NCBI GenBank assembly: GCA_963799845.1
Contig: CAWCYI010000004.1
Span: 224,001 to 288,000, forward strand
Length of the DNA: 64,000 bases
From: an uncultured Nitrososphaerota archaeon
GTDB lineage: Archaea; Thermoproteota; Nitrososphaeria; Nitrososphaerales; CADDZS01
Direction of reading: 5' to 3'
The stretch's first letter is position 1. Each line of letters starts with the position of its first letter. The notes beneath the pieces were generated by a model. It saw only the letters and a list, made by a program, of their open reading frames with translations, was not told the origin of the DNA and did no database searches. Shown one piece after another: positions 53,405-63,858 of this stretch. The translations under genes were made by a program, and so were the position numbers.

Positions 53405-55014
53405 TTAGTTTCAGAAAAATTTGGATCATAGCAAAGAGCCTCCTCCTTTCGCAGCTCAGGGCTACGTCTACCAGCCGATCCAGTGTGAGGTCCCTGATCA
53501 GGAGGCCGTTGATTCTAGCGGTACTGGACGTAGTCGTTGCGGTCGCGGCCGGCGGTATTTCGTACTACGCGGCGACTGCCATAGTGGGTACGTCATTTTC
53601 CTCGACGCTTTCCCCGATGATTCAGAACGTAGTGGTAATACTGCCTGCGATCATCCTCGGGATCATCCTCCTCATGGGTCTCGTTCTCGAAGTCAGCTCC
53701 GGTGCCCAGTTTGCAAGTTCCGACACTGTCAACTGGCTTCCCGTGCGGGCAACCGAGTACGTTGCGGCTTCTGCTCTCTCGCTCCTGATGTATTATTCCG
53801 TGATCCCGGTCGCGGCGCTCAGCGCGACTTTTTCCTTTGCAATTGTCTACGGTTTTGGCGGCGCCTGGGTTCTCGCCGCCGTGCTTTCGATCTTTTCCGT
53901 GTTAATTGCAACCAGCGTACTTGAAATCCTGAGAGCAGTCCTGAATCGATTCTCGAGTACGTTCTACAAGAGGGGAGGAAAAGCCGCGATTGCCCTAAGA
54001 ATAGTGTCTGGAATTCTAGTCCTGATCGTATTCCAGGCCCTGTTTTATCCTTCGGTGTACGAACATTTCCTTGGGGTAATTACTTCCAGCCTTGGGCCTA
54101 CGTGGTTTGTCCCAATTCTCTGGGCCTCGGTGAGCGTCACCAGTTTTCTGAATGGCAACTTCGCAATAGCCGGCCTGTTCGCTCTGCTGACTATATCTCT
54201 CGCGGCAGTTTTGTTCGCGATTGCAGTTGGAGCCCGATCGAAGTACTGGGTTCCCGCACAGCCAACAATTACGATATCTTCATCGGTTTACTCTCCCGGA
54301 GCGGGATTCGGTTCCTTCATCCTAAATCAGGTAGAACTGGCAATTGCCCGGAAGGACATGCGGGGCCTGCTCAGGCGAAGGGAAATGATCAGGTTGCTAG
54401 CTACTCCGTTTGTTTTTCTCGTAATTTCATTCCTCAGTTCCGGAACCGCGGGGTTTTCATTCACAATATACTTCGGTTTCTTCATCGTAGCGTTTTCGAC
54501 CCTTTTCATCGCAATTTCGGCGATTGGAGCCGAAGGAAAGGCAATCGTTAATCTGTATCAGGCTCCTTTGAAAATACGAGATTTCGTTATTGGCAAGTCG
54601 ATAACACCTCTAGTTTTTGGTTCGATATTCGGCGTTCTCGTTTATCTGATTGTTGCCTTGATCGTTCGAAATGACGCGGTTCAAGCCGCAATCTTCATGG
54701 TGGCAGCAATCGGTCTTGCTCTCGAGATGTCTTTCGTGGGAACATTAATCGGATTTCGGTTTCCAAATTTTTCGGAATCTCCGAGGGCCCAATTTGTTTC
54801 TCAGACAGGAGGCCTTATCGCCGTTCCGGTGGCAGCAATCGTCGGCGGTCTCTCACTCGCACCGTTGTTGATTACTTCGATATTGAAATTTGGAAGTGAG
54901 TATCTGGCAATCGGGTTCGTATCTTCGATCGTTATAATTTTGGTCGCATCGTTCGTATTTTTCAAATTCGCCGAGGGCCAGGCTGTAAAACTCCTCTCGC
55001 AATTGCCAATCTGA
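53401..55014 (+). CDS. ABC exporter permease
   Basis: About 12 TMs, overlaps the ATPase. Confidence 0.8.
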   Translation: MISFRKIWIIAKSLLLSQLRATSTSRSSVRSLIRRPLILAVLDVVVAVAAGGISYYAATAIVGTSFSSTLSPMIQNVVVILPAIILGIILLMGLVLEVSSGAQFASSDTVNWLPVRATEYVAASALSLLMYYSVIPVAALSATFSFAIVYGFGGAWVLAAVLSIFSVLIATSVLEILRAVLNRFSSTFYKRGGKAAIALRIVSGILVLIVFQALFYPSVYEHFLGVITSSLGPTWFVPILWASVSVTSFLNGNFAIAGLFALLTISLAAVLFAIAVGARSKYWVPAQPTITISSSVYSPGAGFGSFILNQVELAIARKDMRGLLRRREMIRLLATPFVFLVISFLSSGTAGFSFTIYFGFFIVAFSTLFIAISAIGAEGKAIVNLYQAPLKIRDFVIGKSITPLVFGSIFGVLVYLIVALIVRNDAVQAAIFMVAAIGLALEMSFVGTLIGFRFPNFSESPRAQFVSQTGGLIAVPVAAIVGGLSLAPLLITSILKFGSEYLAIGFVSSIVIILVASFVFFKFAEGQAVKLLSQLPI

Positions 55015-55310
55015 GCTGTGGCAAGCTCGACACTGGTGGCACTATAGATGTTGCAAGCTTGAATCGAACGTTGTGAACGGAGTACTTCACAACGAGATTC
55101 AAGACGTTATCATAATATCTGACCTGAGGACACACTGTTGCCGTATTTCAATAAATTAGCAGTCGGATTTTAATTGAATGTATAAAGAATTCATTAGCCA
55201 GAAATACCGATATTTCATCTGTAGCTACCTAATTTAATCTTCGATCGGTGTTGCCACTGAACAATCCATGGTGAGTTGCCATTTCTGCTAATTATGAATG
55301 CCCCAAATGC

Positions 55311-55562
55311 TTGCGATTATTTCACATGCAGAGCAAATACTCTGATCATCTCCAAACTCACTTTCCTCGCGCGACTGCTGAAGAAAGATCGAAGATAGAC
55401 AGCATCGTAGCGTCGAAGATGTTCAAGAGGATGCCCTCCCACGATAAGAGGAATCCGGCCTTTACTGGCTTTATAAAACCAAAACCCCAGCGCAAGATCG
55501 GGCGCTACAGCCCAATTGACCAAGCGATGGCCTGGGCTGTTGTTCTGGGTGAACTGGGATGA
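55311..55562 (+). CDS. Hypothetical protein
   Basis: ATGA overlap with next gene. Confidence 0.35.
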   Translation: MRLFHMQSKYSDHLQTHFPRATAEERSKIDSIVASKMFKRMPSHDKRNPAFTGFIKPKPQRKIGRYSPIDQAMAWAVVLGELG

Positions 55563-56047
55563 GCGGCGGCAACGGTCTAAGGTTAATGGCGATAGGCCGT
55601 ATGAAAGCAGAGGAGATGCTGCAGGTCTACAGAGTATCCGCTGCAAAAAAGCAGGCCCAGTTTTTCTGGGTAACAAGAGGGACTTCGCCCAAAGTAACGA
55701 GGGAGTCAATTGAAGAGGAAGCTCAAAGGCTACTTTCCGAATGGAAACGGAGACGGACAAAAGCGCTTCCTTCGGGAAAAGTTTCCGAGGAAGTACTTTC
55801 TGTATGCTTTGAAGAATCTCCAAAACAGCGAGGAAATTTCGAATGCAGCAGATGCTACAAGACCTTCGCGAGCCACGCTAGATTTTTGAAACATGTTTCA
55901 AACCATTACAGCGGCGGAAGCGGAAGTTTCAATGCTGTCCTAATGGCTGAAAAAGTTGAAGGTCGAGGATTGGAGCACAGCTCCAGAAAGATGTCGGAAG
56001 CGGAAAGGGAGGATTTGCGTTACTTTCTTAACGATGGATACCAGTGA
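55559..56047 (+). CDS. C2H2 zinc-finger protein
   Basis: FECSRCYKTFASHARFLKHVSNH. Confidence 0.6.
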   Translation: MSGGNGLRLMAIGRMKAEEMLQVYRVSAAKKQAQFFWVTRGTSPKVTRESIEEEAQRLLSEWKRRRTKALPSGKVSEEVLSVCFEESPKQRGNFECSRCYKTFASHARFLKHVSNHYSGGSGSFNAVLMAEKVEGRGLEHSSRKMSEAEREDLRYFLNDGYQ

Positions 56048-56485
56048 GCAGTTTCCGAAAAAATTCCAGAATGCTGCTGAAGATCTCTTCCAGATTGCCT
56101 CAAATGACTTCCATCGAGATGAATTCCGTGATGATTCATTTTCCATAGGACCTTTTCTTCTTCTCGTACCTGGACCCGTTTGCAACCCAAAGCTATTGTT
56201 TAATCTTCATTGATTTATTATGCCATTTTTGCCCTTTTCTGCACGGGGGCGCAATTCTGCGTACCGACGAGCTCGTTTCAAGCTGTTACACGAAGGGGGC
56301 CCCTAGTAGAGTTCTGCAACCGTGAGCTTGTTCCCGTTAGATCGGTTTCCTTCAGCTCGTTTCAACCTCTGATTTCTGATGAGCGCAACAATGAAAAAAT
56401 GTGCTGATTTTGCATAAACGTTCATGTTCAGTGCAAAAAGATATCCTGAAATCTTCAAGTATTTTGAATCGAAGCTCGAAGACCT

Positions 56486-57397
56486 TTGGAGCAAAGCAAG
56501 GTTCGAGCTTTTCACATCGTCGATGTGTTTGCGGGAGAAAAGTATGCGGGAAATCAGCTTGCGGTGGTCAGAAACGCGTATGATTTCTCCGACGAGAACA
56601 TGCAGAAATTTGCCCGCGAGATGAATTTCTCGGAGACCACTTTCGTCCTTGTGAACGAGAGCGAGATGAACGCGTCCGAATCCGTCTTCAGGGTTCGCAT
56701 ATTCACGCCGAAATTGGAGCTCCCGTTTGCAGGGCATCCCACAATAGGAACGGCATTCGTAATCCAGCAGTACATCATTCGCAGAGAGGTTCCGAAAATA
56801 ATTCTAGATCTGAACATCGGTCCTATTGAAGTTACTCCGGTCTATGAATCTGGGAGGATCAAACTTCTCTGGATGAAGCAAAACGAGCCAAAGTTCTCCA
56901 AGGGAAAAATTGGCGCGGATCAGGTTTCCAAGAGTCTCGGATTGAAGAAAACTGACATCGATCCGAAATTTCCGATCCAGGAAGTATCGACAGGAGTTCC
57001 GTTCATCATCATTCCGCTAAAATCGATGAGAGTTCTCAAAGGATGCCGCGTGGACAAGGATCGATATTTTGCCTTGATCCGGAGGACCAAAGCGAAATCT
57101 CTCCTGGTTTTCTGTCCAGGTTCGCACGGGACTGACAGCAAACTCAGTGTCCGAATGTTCTCTGACTATTACGGGGTTAGCGAAGACCCGGCCACAGGAT
57201 CTGCCAACGGATGTCTAGCCGCGTACCTTTCCCATCACGAATATTTCGGATCTGGTCTCGTCGACATCAAGGTCGACCAGGGATATGAAATCTGTCGGCC
57301 TTCGACAATTCATCTGAGGACCGCTCCGGAAAAAAGCAGGGTCAACGTCTCTGTTGGCGGTCAGGTCGTTCCGGTGGCGGAAGGCGTTCTAGTCTAG
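56486..57397 (+). CDS. PhzF family epimerase/isomerase
   Basis: 'VDVF...AGNQL', 'SETTF', 'ELPFAGHPT', 'EDPATGSA'. Confidence 0.93.
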   Translation: MEQSKVRAFHIVDVFAGEKYAGNQLAVVRNAYDFSDENMQKFAREMNFSETTFVLVNESEMNASESVFRVRIFTPKLELPFAGHPTIGTAFVIQQYIIRREVPKIILDLNIGPIEVTPVYESGRIKLLWMKQNEPKFSKGKIGADQVSKSLGLKKTDIDPKFPIQEVSTGVPFIIIPLKSMRVLKGCRVDKDRYFALIRRTKAKSLLVFCPGSHGTDSKLSVRMFSDYYGVSEDPATGSANGCLAAYLSHHEYFGSGLVDIKVDQGYEICRPSTIHLRTAPEKSRVNVSVGGQVVPVAEGVLV

Positions 57398-58362
57398 TTT
57401 CGTACCTGCGTCGCAAGAGCTATTGCGATCAGCATTACCGCCCCGCCCACGAGCGTCAATAATGTGATTTTCTCCTGAAGGAGCAGGACGCCACCGACCA
57501 CGCTGATAATGGGTATAAGGTAAAGCTGAATCGACAGCTTCGACACCGCGCCGCGACTTACGAGCGTGTAGAACATGGAGTATCCCAGTACCGTGCTCAG
57601 AAGCGAGAGATACAGTACCGATTCCCAACCGCCCAGCGAAAGCGACTCCACCTGAGTAACAAAACTGGAGGAAATCGACGGCAGCAGCATTGCCGTCCCG
57701 ATTACCCCCGCCCAGATTGCAATGTGCAAAGCTCCGTACTTTTTCACGAGCGGCTTGGATAAGACCGCAAAAACTGCGTAAGCCGCGGCACTGATCACTA
57801 CTTCAATCGGTCCCACCAACCCGCCGGAACCGACGCCTAAATCTCCAATTGATAATATTGCTGCACCTGCCAGAGCAAGAATCAGGGCGAGCGCAATTCT
57901 CGTTGGTATCTTTTCCTTCAAAGTATAGACAGAGAGGACGGTGACAAAAACTGGACCCAGAGAAATCAAAAGGCCCGCGAGACCTGCGGATACGCTCTTT
58001 TCCGCATAGTTCAGTGACAGATGATAGAGGGGTACGTTAGCGAAAGAAATCACGAGAAGCCTCGGCAGGTCCTTCCTTTCGAAACTTACTTTTGGTTTGC
58101 CGAGAAAAAGTAGTACGACTAGATAGGCGGCACTGGAAATGAACCAACGGAGGAGCGCCAGATTAACCGGCGAGAGCTCAAAGTCTGCCCTCCTAATCGC
58201 GACGAATGCAATACCCCAGATCAGACTGAGAACGATAAGAATCCAGTATGCTCTCATTCGCGACGAGAGGCTTTTCTGGGCCCTGCCCGCGTCGGTACCT
58301 GCGATGGGCACGCCCTCATTCGGCTGTCGTTCGGTCACCTGCATTCGTGACCTTCTATTCAT
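57394..58362 (-). CDS. DMT/EamA family transporter
   Basis: Two EamA repeats, 10 TMs. Confidence 0.9.
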   Translation of the reverse strand: MNRRSRMQVTERQPNEGVPIAGTDAGRAQKSLSSRMRAYWILIVLSLIWGIAFVAIRRADFELSPVNLALLRWFISSAAYLVVLLFLGKPKVSFERKDLPRLLVISFANVPLYHLSLNYAEKSVSAGLAGLLISLGPVFVTVLSVYTLKEKIPTRIALALILALAGAAILSIGDLGVGSGGLVGPIEVVISAAAYAVFAVLSKPLVKKYGALHIAIWAGVIGTAMLLPSISSSFVTQVESLSLGGWESVLYLSLLSTVLGYSMFYTLVSRGAVSKLSIQLYLIPIISVVGGVLLLQEKITLLTLVGGAVMLIAIALATQVRN

Positions 58363-59476
58363 TCTTTGAAGAGACCGAGTCGCCTTCCATCCTCAGTAGC
58401 TTTTTCTTCCTCTCAATGCCCCATCGATAACCGCCGAGGTCTCCATTTTTTCTGATTACTCTGTGACACGGGATAATGAGTGGAACGCGGTTTGAGCCGC
58501 ATGCATTTGCGACTGCGCGATACGCGAGCGGATTGCCTATCCTCTCCGCTATTTCGTTGTAAGACATCGTCGCACCGTATGGGATGTTTTGAAGCTCCTT
58601 CCAGACCCTCCACTGAAACGCTGTCGCCTGAACATCTATCGGGAGGTTTGAATTCCTCAAACGATTCTTCCCATCAAGGTATCCGAGGATCTCGGTTACC
58701 CAGGGTTTCAGTCCTTTTTCCTCTTCCGGGGATATTCTCGCGTTGGGGTATTCTCCCCGAAGATGAGAGATCAGCTTTTCACCCGAATCTCCAAGACATA
58801 CAAAACAAATCCCCCTTTCCGTCCCGGCTACAAGCAGCTGTCCGAGGGGGCAACTCGATATTGAGTACCTTATGACAAGACCCGCACCCCCGGACTTGTA
58901 TTTCGAGGGTGACATTCCAAATTTTGAATCATTCTCCGAGTAAAGCCAGGCAGATGAATTGTGGCCCACTTTGTATGTTGATTTCCTCGCGGACTCTCCT
59001 CTCTTCAAAGCGAACTTTGCGTGTCTTAATCTGACGGCCTCCAAGTACGCCTTTGGTGTGATTCCCATAATTTCTTTGAAATTCCTGTGAAAATGAAATT
59101 GACTCTGGTCAGCAATCTGAGCCAGCTCAACCAGAGAGATCTTCGAATCATAATTTTCTTCGATGTAATTACAAACTCTCTGGACGATCTGAAAATTCTC
59201 CGGGAATTTAGTTACCGCATCAGGTTTACAACGCAAGCAAGGTCTGTAGCCAGCTCCTTTCGCAAGCTTCGTGCCTGAGAAGAAAACAACTCGCTCCCTA
59301 GGAGGTCTTCTGGACGGACAGGTCGGCCTGCAGTAAATCTTTGACGAAGTCACGCCATAGACGAATGTAGAATAGTAACGGTAATCTCTTGACAGCACTG
59401 CTCTCCATAGTTCGTCTTCATTTCGCAGATCAATTTCTCTTGCCGTTTGCCCGTCAAGAACCGTGTTAATCGTCAA
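58355..59476 (-). CDS. ada: Bifunctional Ada regulator / O6-methylguanine-DNA methyltransferase
   Basis: 'YCRPTCPSR', 'GYRPCLRC', AraC HTH, 'IPCHRV'. Confidence 0.93.
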   Translation of the reverse strand: MTINTVLDGQTAREIDLRNEDELWRAVLSRDYRYYSTFVYGVTSSKIYCRPTCPSRRPPRERVVFFSGTKLAKGAGYRPCLRCKPDAVTKFPENFQIVQRVCNYIEENYDSKISLVELAQIADQSQFHFHRNFKEIMGITPKAYLEAVRLRHAKFALKRGESARKSTYKVGHNSSAWLYSENDSKFGMSPSKYKSGGAGLVIRYSISSCPLGQLLVAGTERGICFVCLGDSGEKLISHLRGEYPNARISPEEEKGLKPWVTEILGYLDGKNRLRNSNLPIDVQATAFQWRVWKELQNIPYGATMSYNEIAERIGNPLAYRAVANACGSNRVPLIIPCHRVIRKNGDLGGYRWGIERKKKLLRMEGDSVSSKNE

Positions 59477-59594
59477 TTACATCACATCCGAATTATCTTT
59501 AGCAAAACGCGGCTTTGGTTATAATCAGTTGCCTCTAGATCTTGCTCTCAAAGTGGGAGATTATCTTTAAGGAAGTACCGAAAACTGGATAAAC

Positions 59595-60184
59595 GTGATT
59601 TTGGCAAAACTTCTTTCCGTGAATGTGGGATTACCCAACGAAATTGGATTATTTCGAGGAAACAGGATCTTGTCAGGGATTCGCAAGGAATCCATTACCG
59701 GTTTTGTCACAGTAAGGAAATTGAATCTGGAAGGCGATAGGCAGGCTGATCTCACCGTGCACGGAGGAATAGACAAGGCTGTTTGCGTATATCCCTCCGA
59801 GAACTATCCGTTTTGGAAAAATAAATTTCCAGATTTCGACTTGCGCTGGGGAGTTTTGGCGAGAATTTCACAACCGAAGGCCTGCATGAGGATTCCGTTC
59901 GAATCGATGATCGATTGATGGGGGGCTCCGCCGAATTTGCAGTTACGCAGCCCCGCTACCCTTCCTACAAACTTGGATTAAGATTTGGGACGCAAAAAAT
60001 GATCAAGATGTTTTTGGAATCATTGCGCTCAGAATTCTATCTGAGGGTTCTCAAGGAAGGTAGAGTTAGAGCAGGCAAGGAGATCAGAGTAATTGGTGGA
60101 AGCGAGGATTCTGAAACGGTGGAGTCAATTGTCAGAACATTCCTGGAAAATGAAAAAGCTGCTTCCAGGCTCGGGCGTAAGTAA
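59595..60184 (+). CDS. MOSC domain protein (YiiM-like), frameshift in G-run near 59850; possibly degenerate
   Basis: 'GDRQADLTVHGG.DKAV', 'TQPR.P.YKL' (conserved Cys replaced by Ser). Confidence 0.8.
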
Positions 60185-60247
60185 CCGAGAAGACGGAAGA
60201 TCGAATGATGAAAGCTGATTTTCTGGCTTCGGCCAGGAGACAATAAC

Positions 60248-60694
60248 TCAGGCAACCTGCGCGGGCTCTTTGTATTTTTGAGCCAGTTCCTCGCTCCAGG
60301 GAAACCAGATGAAGTGATTCGCCTTCCCGACGTTCCGATCCTGCTCCTTCAAATCTCCCCTCAGGTACATGTCGCCAACGAAAATCAATTTCGTTTTTCC
60401 GCCAGAAGCTTCCGAATTCCTGACGTCCTTTATCTTCATGTACGAAGACTTGTGCCAGTTCGAACTCCTGACGATGAACGGTAATGTCTTGCCTTTTTCC
60501 TCCCAGATCTGGTTGACGGTTCTCATGTTCTCGTCGTATTTGAAAACAGATTTGAAGCAGCCGTCGCAGAAATACGTCGTTTTCTTCTTGAAGTAGATGC
60601 TCGCTGCTTTTTCCCTCGCAATTTCACTGCCGCATCTCTGACACTTTATCGCTTGACTTGGAACCGTTTCGGGAGAGCTCAATGTATTGCTCAT
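60248..60694 (-). CDS. Zinc-finger hypothetical protein
   Basis: CQRC...CDGC; likely ATG at 60694. Confidence 0.6.
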   Translation of the reverse strand: MSNTLSSPETVPSQAIKCQRCGSEIAREKAASIYFKKKTTYFCDGCFKSVFKYDENMRTVNQIWEEKGKTLPFIVRSSNWHKSSYMKIKDVRNSEASGGKTKLIFVGDMYLRGDLKEQDRNVGKANHFIWFPWSEELAQKYKEPAQVA

Positions 60695-60812
60695 CAGTCT
60701 AACTCCGTCTGGGGCAAGGGGTAAGTCGCTCGGTTTCTTAACATTTCTCGACTCTGGCGAGATCGAGGGGGAGTTGGGACTCACGACAAAGAGATAAAAA
60801 CTTGCAATCAGG

Positions 60813-61034
60813 ATGCAATTCCTCATGCGATCCGAATCAATCGTAGCTCTCTTTACAATCCTGGTTATGGCGGTCGGGATATCGATTTCTGCCATCGCCG
60901 CGTCATCGCACGGCTCGCTAGCTACGTCCTACACGAGCGTTTTGATCGGTTTTGGGCTGTTCATCGTCGTCGGCTTTGCGATTGCAGCGGCCGTTCAAAA
61001 TGGTAAAGCGAAAAATCCGAACCTCGGAAAATGA
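60813..61034 (+). CDS. Small 2-TM membrane protein
   Basis: Two hydrophobic helices. Confidence 0.5.
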   Translation: MQFLMRSESIVALFTILVMAVGISISAIAASSHGSLATSYTSVLIGFGLFIVVGFAIAAAVQNGKAKNPNLGK

Positions 61035-61204
61035 AACGCTCACGGGACAAGAGTTTTTGTCCGAATAGATCTAATCTTATTACTAATCCTAAGAAATTCG
61101 ATCTCTTTTCGAGATAGATCTTCAATTTGCGGATTGTTTGTATTCCGATTCTTCAATAGACTTTAAGTGCGATAATTTTTCCAGCTCACCTTCGCTTCTG
61201 GTGA

Positions 61205-61415
61205 TTGAAGATGTCGTGCCTGGATGAACGTTCTCTCGATCTAAGGCGCCAGTCCGAGCTTTGGAAAATCATCAACAGCCACGAGTGGGAGCTCAGCTCA
61301 TTTCGACGACTTTGGAGAGAGTGGGGTAGTCGTGAGGTACGGGTGCAAAAGGTGCAAGAAGGAGTGGACGACGTTTCTTCTCGATCCCGAGGGAATCAGG
61401 AAATTAAATTTCTGA
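61205..61415 (+). CDS. Small zinc-ribbon-like protein (1-nt insertion at 61294)
   Basis: Corrected reading 'HEWELAHFDDFGESGVVVRYGCKRCKKEW'. Confidence 0.5.
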
Positions 61416-61449
61416 TTGTTACTGGTAAATTACAGTAATCCTTTTCAAG

Positions 61450-61944
61450 TTGACTTACCTTCTAATTTCGGCCGTCATGAGAGGCGGCCTTCGATCAGTT
61501 CCATTTGAGCTGCTTCAGGAGCAGTGGAACGAATATGTCTTTTCAGACCAAGTCGTTGTTAGAACGAGGCTGATCCTTATCATGGTAATGCAAGAGTACG
61601 AACTTGGACCGCTGACTTTCCAGACGGAGAGGGCAACGGCTGTCTCTGCTCCCGATCATCTTCGAGGCCATCCCGGCGAATACGAACAAGGAAATGATAT
61701 GAGTGGAGAAACAAAGTGGGAGTGTCCGATCCTTCTTCGATACGAAAGATGGAACGAATACTCTCTGGCCGACGACACAAGTAGAGTGAGGATAATTTTT
61801 GTGGCAAAGAAGGCCTTCAGATTGGTGAATGCATTCGACAAAAATGGTCAGCCGGTTTACATGATCGATGGAAAACCATTGATCAAGGTTGATGATAGAC
61901 TCTATCCAGATGAAATCGGCAATAACTCTGAACTACTGCGGTAG
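61450..61944 (+). CDS. Hypothetical protein with internally duplicated domain
   Basis: 'EQWNEYVFSD' and 'ERWNEYSLAD'. Confidence 0.6.
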   Translation: MTYLLISAVMRGGLRSVPFELLQEQWNEYVFSDQVVVRTRLILIMVMQEYELGPLTFQTERATAVSAPDHLRGHPGEYEQGNDMSGETKWECPILLRYERWNEYSLADDTSRVRIIFVAKKAFRLVNAFDKNGQPVYMIDGKPLIKVDDRLYPDEIGNNSELLR

Positions 61945-62002
61945 GTTGCTATGTTGATTTCTATACCTCATCGTTCAACAAATATCTAGCCATGTCCAGG
62001 AC

Positions 62003-62716
62003 TTGACCAAACAGATGGAAAGAATCGGAAGGATATCGAAGATCAGGCGCTACCCGGTCAAGAGCATGATGGGAGAGGATCTTGCAAAAGCTATTCTGGC
62101 ACCTTACGGAATGGTCGGAGACAGGGTCTATGCTTTCATCGATGATCAAAATCACAATCCCCGATTCCCGTGGATGACGGCAAGGAACGCAAATGAAATG
62201 CTCCTCTTCAAACCCAATTTTCTTTCCGATAAAGAGGTCGTCGTGAGATCGCCAAGCGGAAGAGAATATTCCATCACTGATCCAGCCCTCGAGAGGTACT
62301 TTGAAGAAAAGTACAACTTCCGGATGACGTTGAAGTATCGCGAGAGCGGCTGCCATGATTCAAAGCCCGTCTCCCTCATCAGTTCACACACGATCGAGAG
62401 CCTGGGAGGGGAGACCGGATTGGAGCTTGCCGGAGAGCGGTTTCGCGCAAACATTTACGTTGACTGGGATAATCGGATGCCCTTCTACGAGGATGAGCTT
62501 CTAGGAAGGGAGATCACGGTAGGAGATGGAGTCATCCTCAAAATTGTAAAGAAGGACTCGAGATGCGTCATACCGACTCTCGACCCGCGCACAGCGGCAG
62601 CCTCACCAATCATTCTGCAGACGATCCAGAAGAACCACGGTGGTTGCACGGGAGTTTACGCCGAGGTGGAAAAGCCTGGCCAAATCAATCTGCGTGACGA
62701 AATATTCGTGCCCTAA
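62003..62716 (+). CDS. MOSC domain protein (YcbX-like)
   Basis: 'RYPVKSMMGE', 'GDR', 'RFRANI', 'RCVIPT.DP'. Confidence 0.9.
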   Translation: MTKQMERIGRISKIRRYPVKSMMGEDLAKAILAPYGMVGDRVYAFIDDQNHNPRFPWMTARNANEMLLFKPNFLSDKEVVVRSPSGREYSITDPALERYFEEKYNFRMTLKYRESGCHDSKPVSLISSHTIESLGGETGLELAGERFRANIYVDWDNRMPFYEDELLGREITVGDGVILKIVKKDSRCVIPTLDPRTAAASPIILQTIQKNHGGCTGVYAEVEKPGQINLRDEIFVP

Positions 62717-62718
62717 AG

Positions 62719-63648
62719 TTATTTCTCCTTGATCAGGTTTCGCGGCATCATCATCCCGACGACCCAGTTCGGCCGGTCCACGATCTCGTGCGTGCGAAGC
62801 TCACCCGCAACCGAGCAGAGCATGTAAGCGTGCTCTCGGGAAATTCCCAGATTTTTCTCAAGAAACGAGATCATGTTCCGGAGGGCCTGCTTTGTCGCGA
62901 CCATCAGATCTGGGGAAATTCCCGTCGTACCAAAATATCCCGTACTCGGGCCGAACAGTGGCTTTGAATAATACTGGGGCGTCTCTAGGTTTGCGCTCTT
63001 TCTCAGATCAAACGTGAGCGTCACGTCTCCGGGGCATTCAATAGCCGTCACGCATACTTCGCCATCACCCTGAGCCGCATGGACATCGCAAGTCGAAAAC
63101 AGCGCTCCCTTCGTCCACACTGGAATCAGTACTTTGGATCCAGCCGTCAGGTGTCTGATGTCCATATTTCCGCCGTGCTTGCCGGGGGGCATGACATCGA
63201 AGTATCCGTCCTCCGGCGGCGCCACTCCGAGCACGCCGCAGAATGGGTTGATCGGGATCTGAAGCCGCTTGACAAAACTCGCATACTTTCGAGGACCGCG
63301 AAGATTCCAGACGAAGAGCTCCGGGGTAGCAAACTCTTCGAGGAGTCCCAGGCCCGGCATCACTCCAGTCCATCCCCAGCTCGCGGGTTTTACGGATTCG
63401 ACGTTCACTACGAGAGCATCTCCCGGTTCAGCACCCTCGATGTAGACGGGGCCAGCCAGAGGATAGAGTTTGGACTCATCCATCTTTGCCAGATCTTCTA
63501 CCTTTGATTTCTCCGTCACCTGCCACGATGACACTTCATTGACTTCAAAGTGAACTCTGTCTCCTGGCTTTACAGTCAATACCGGTTCGTGGGATTTGCT
63601 CCACTTATAATGAAAAGTATCTTTCTTGATCACGTTTGTTCTGGGCAT
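62719..63648 (-). CDS. Acetamidase/formamidase family protein
   Basis: 'GPVYIEGAEPGD', 'HGGNMD', 'H.AQGDGEV..TAIE'. Confidence 0.93.
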   Translation of the reverse strand: MPRTNVIKKDTFHYKWSKSHEPVLTVKPGDRVHFEVNEVSSWQVTEKSKVEDLAKMDESKLYPLAGPVYIEGAEPGDALVVNVESVKPASWGWTGVMPGLGLLEEFATPELFVWNLRGPRKYASFVKRLQIPINPFCGVLGVAPPEDGYFDVMPPGKHGGNMDIRHLTAGSKVLIPVWTKGALFSTCDVHAAQGDGEVCVTAIECPGDVTLTFDLRKSANLETPQYYSKPLFGPSTGYFGTTGISPDLMVATKQALRNMISFLEKNLGISREHAYMLCSVAGELRTHEIVDRPNWVVGMMMPRNLIKEK

Positions 63649-63779
63649 TCGTCGCAGTCGGACGAGAAAGAAAGCAGCGATTTATGTTAATCGCAGCGAG
63701 GTCTTAATTACGAGTTTTCATTGATTCTTAAAGAAAAAAATTCTATCGTTTCGCAACCGCGCGTACCTTTTGACGGGAG

Positions 63780-63858
63780 AGCTACGTTCAAGCTCTGTAA
63801 GCTCAGAAGAGCTTGAAACGAGCTGAATGGAGCTCACAGAGCTCGAAACGAATTGAAC
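63780..63858. repeat. Degenerate AGCT-rich tandem repeat
   Basis: AGCT at 63780, 63791, 63800, 63810, 63821, 63831, 63840; ~30-bp higher-order unit. Confidence 0.6.
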
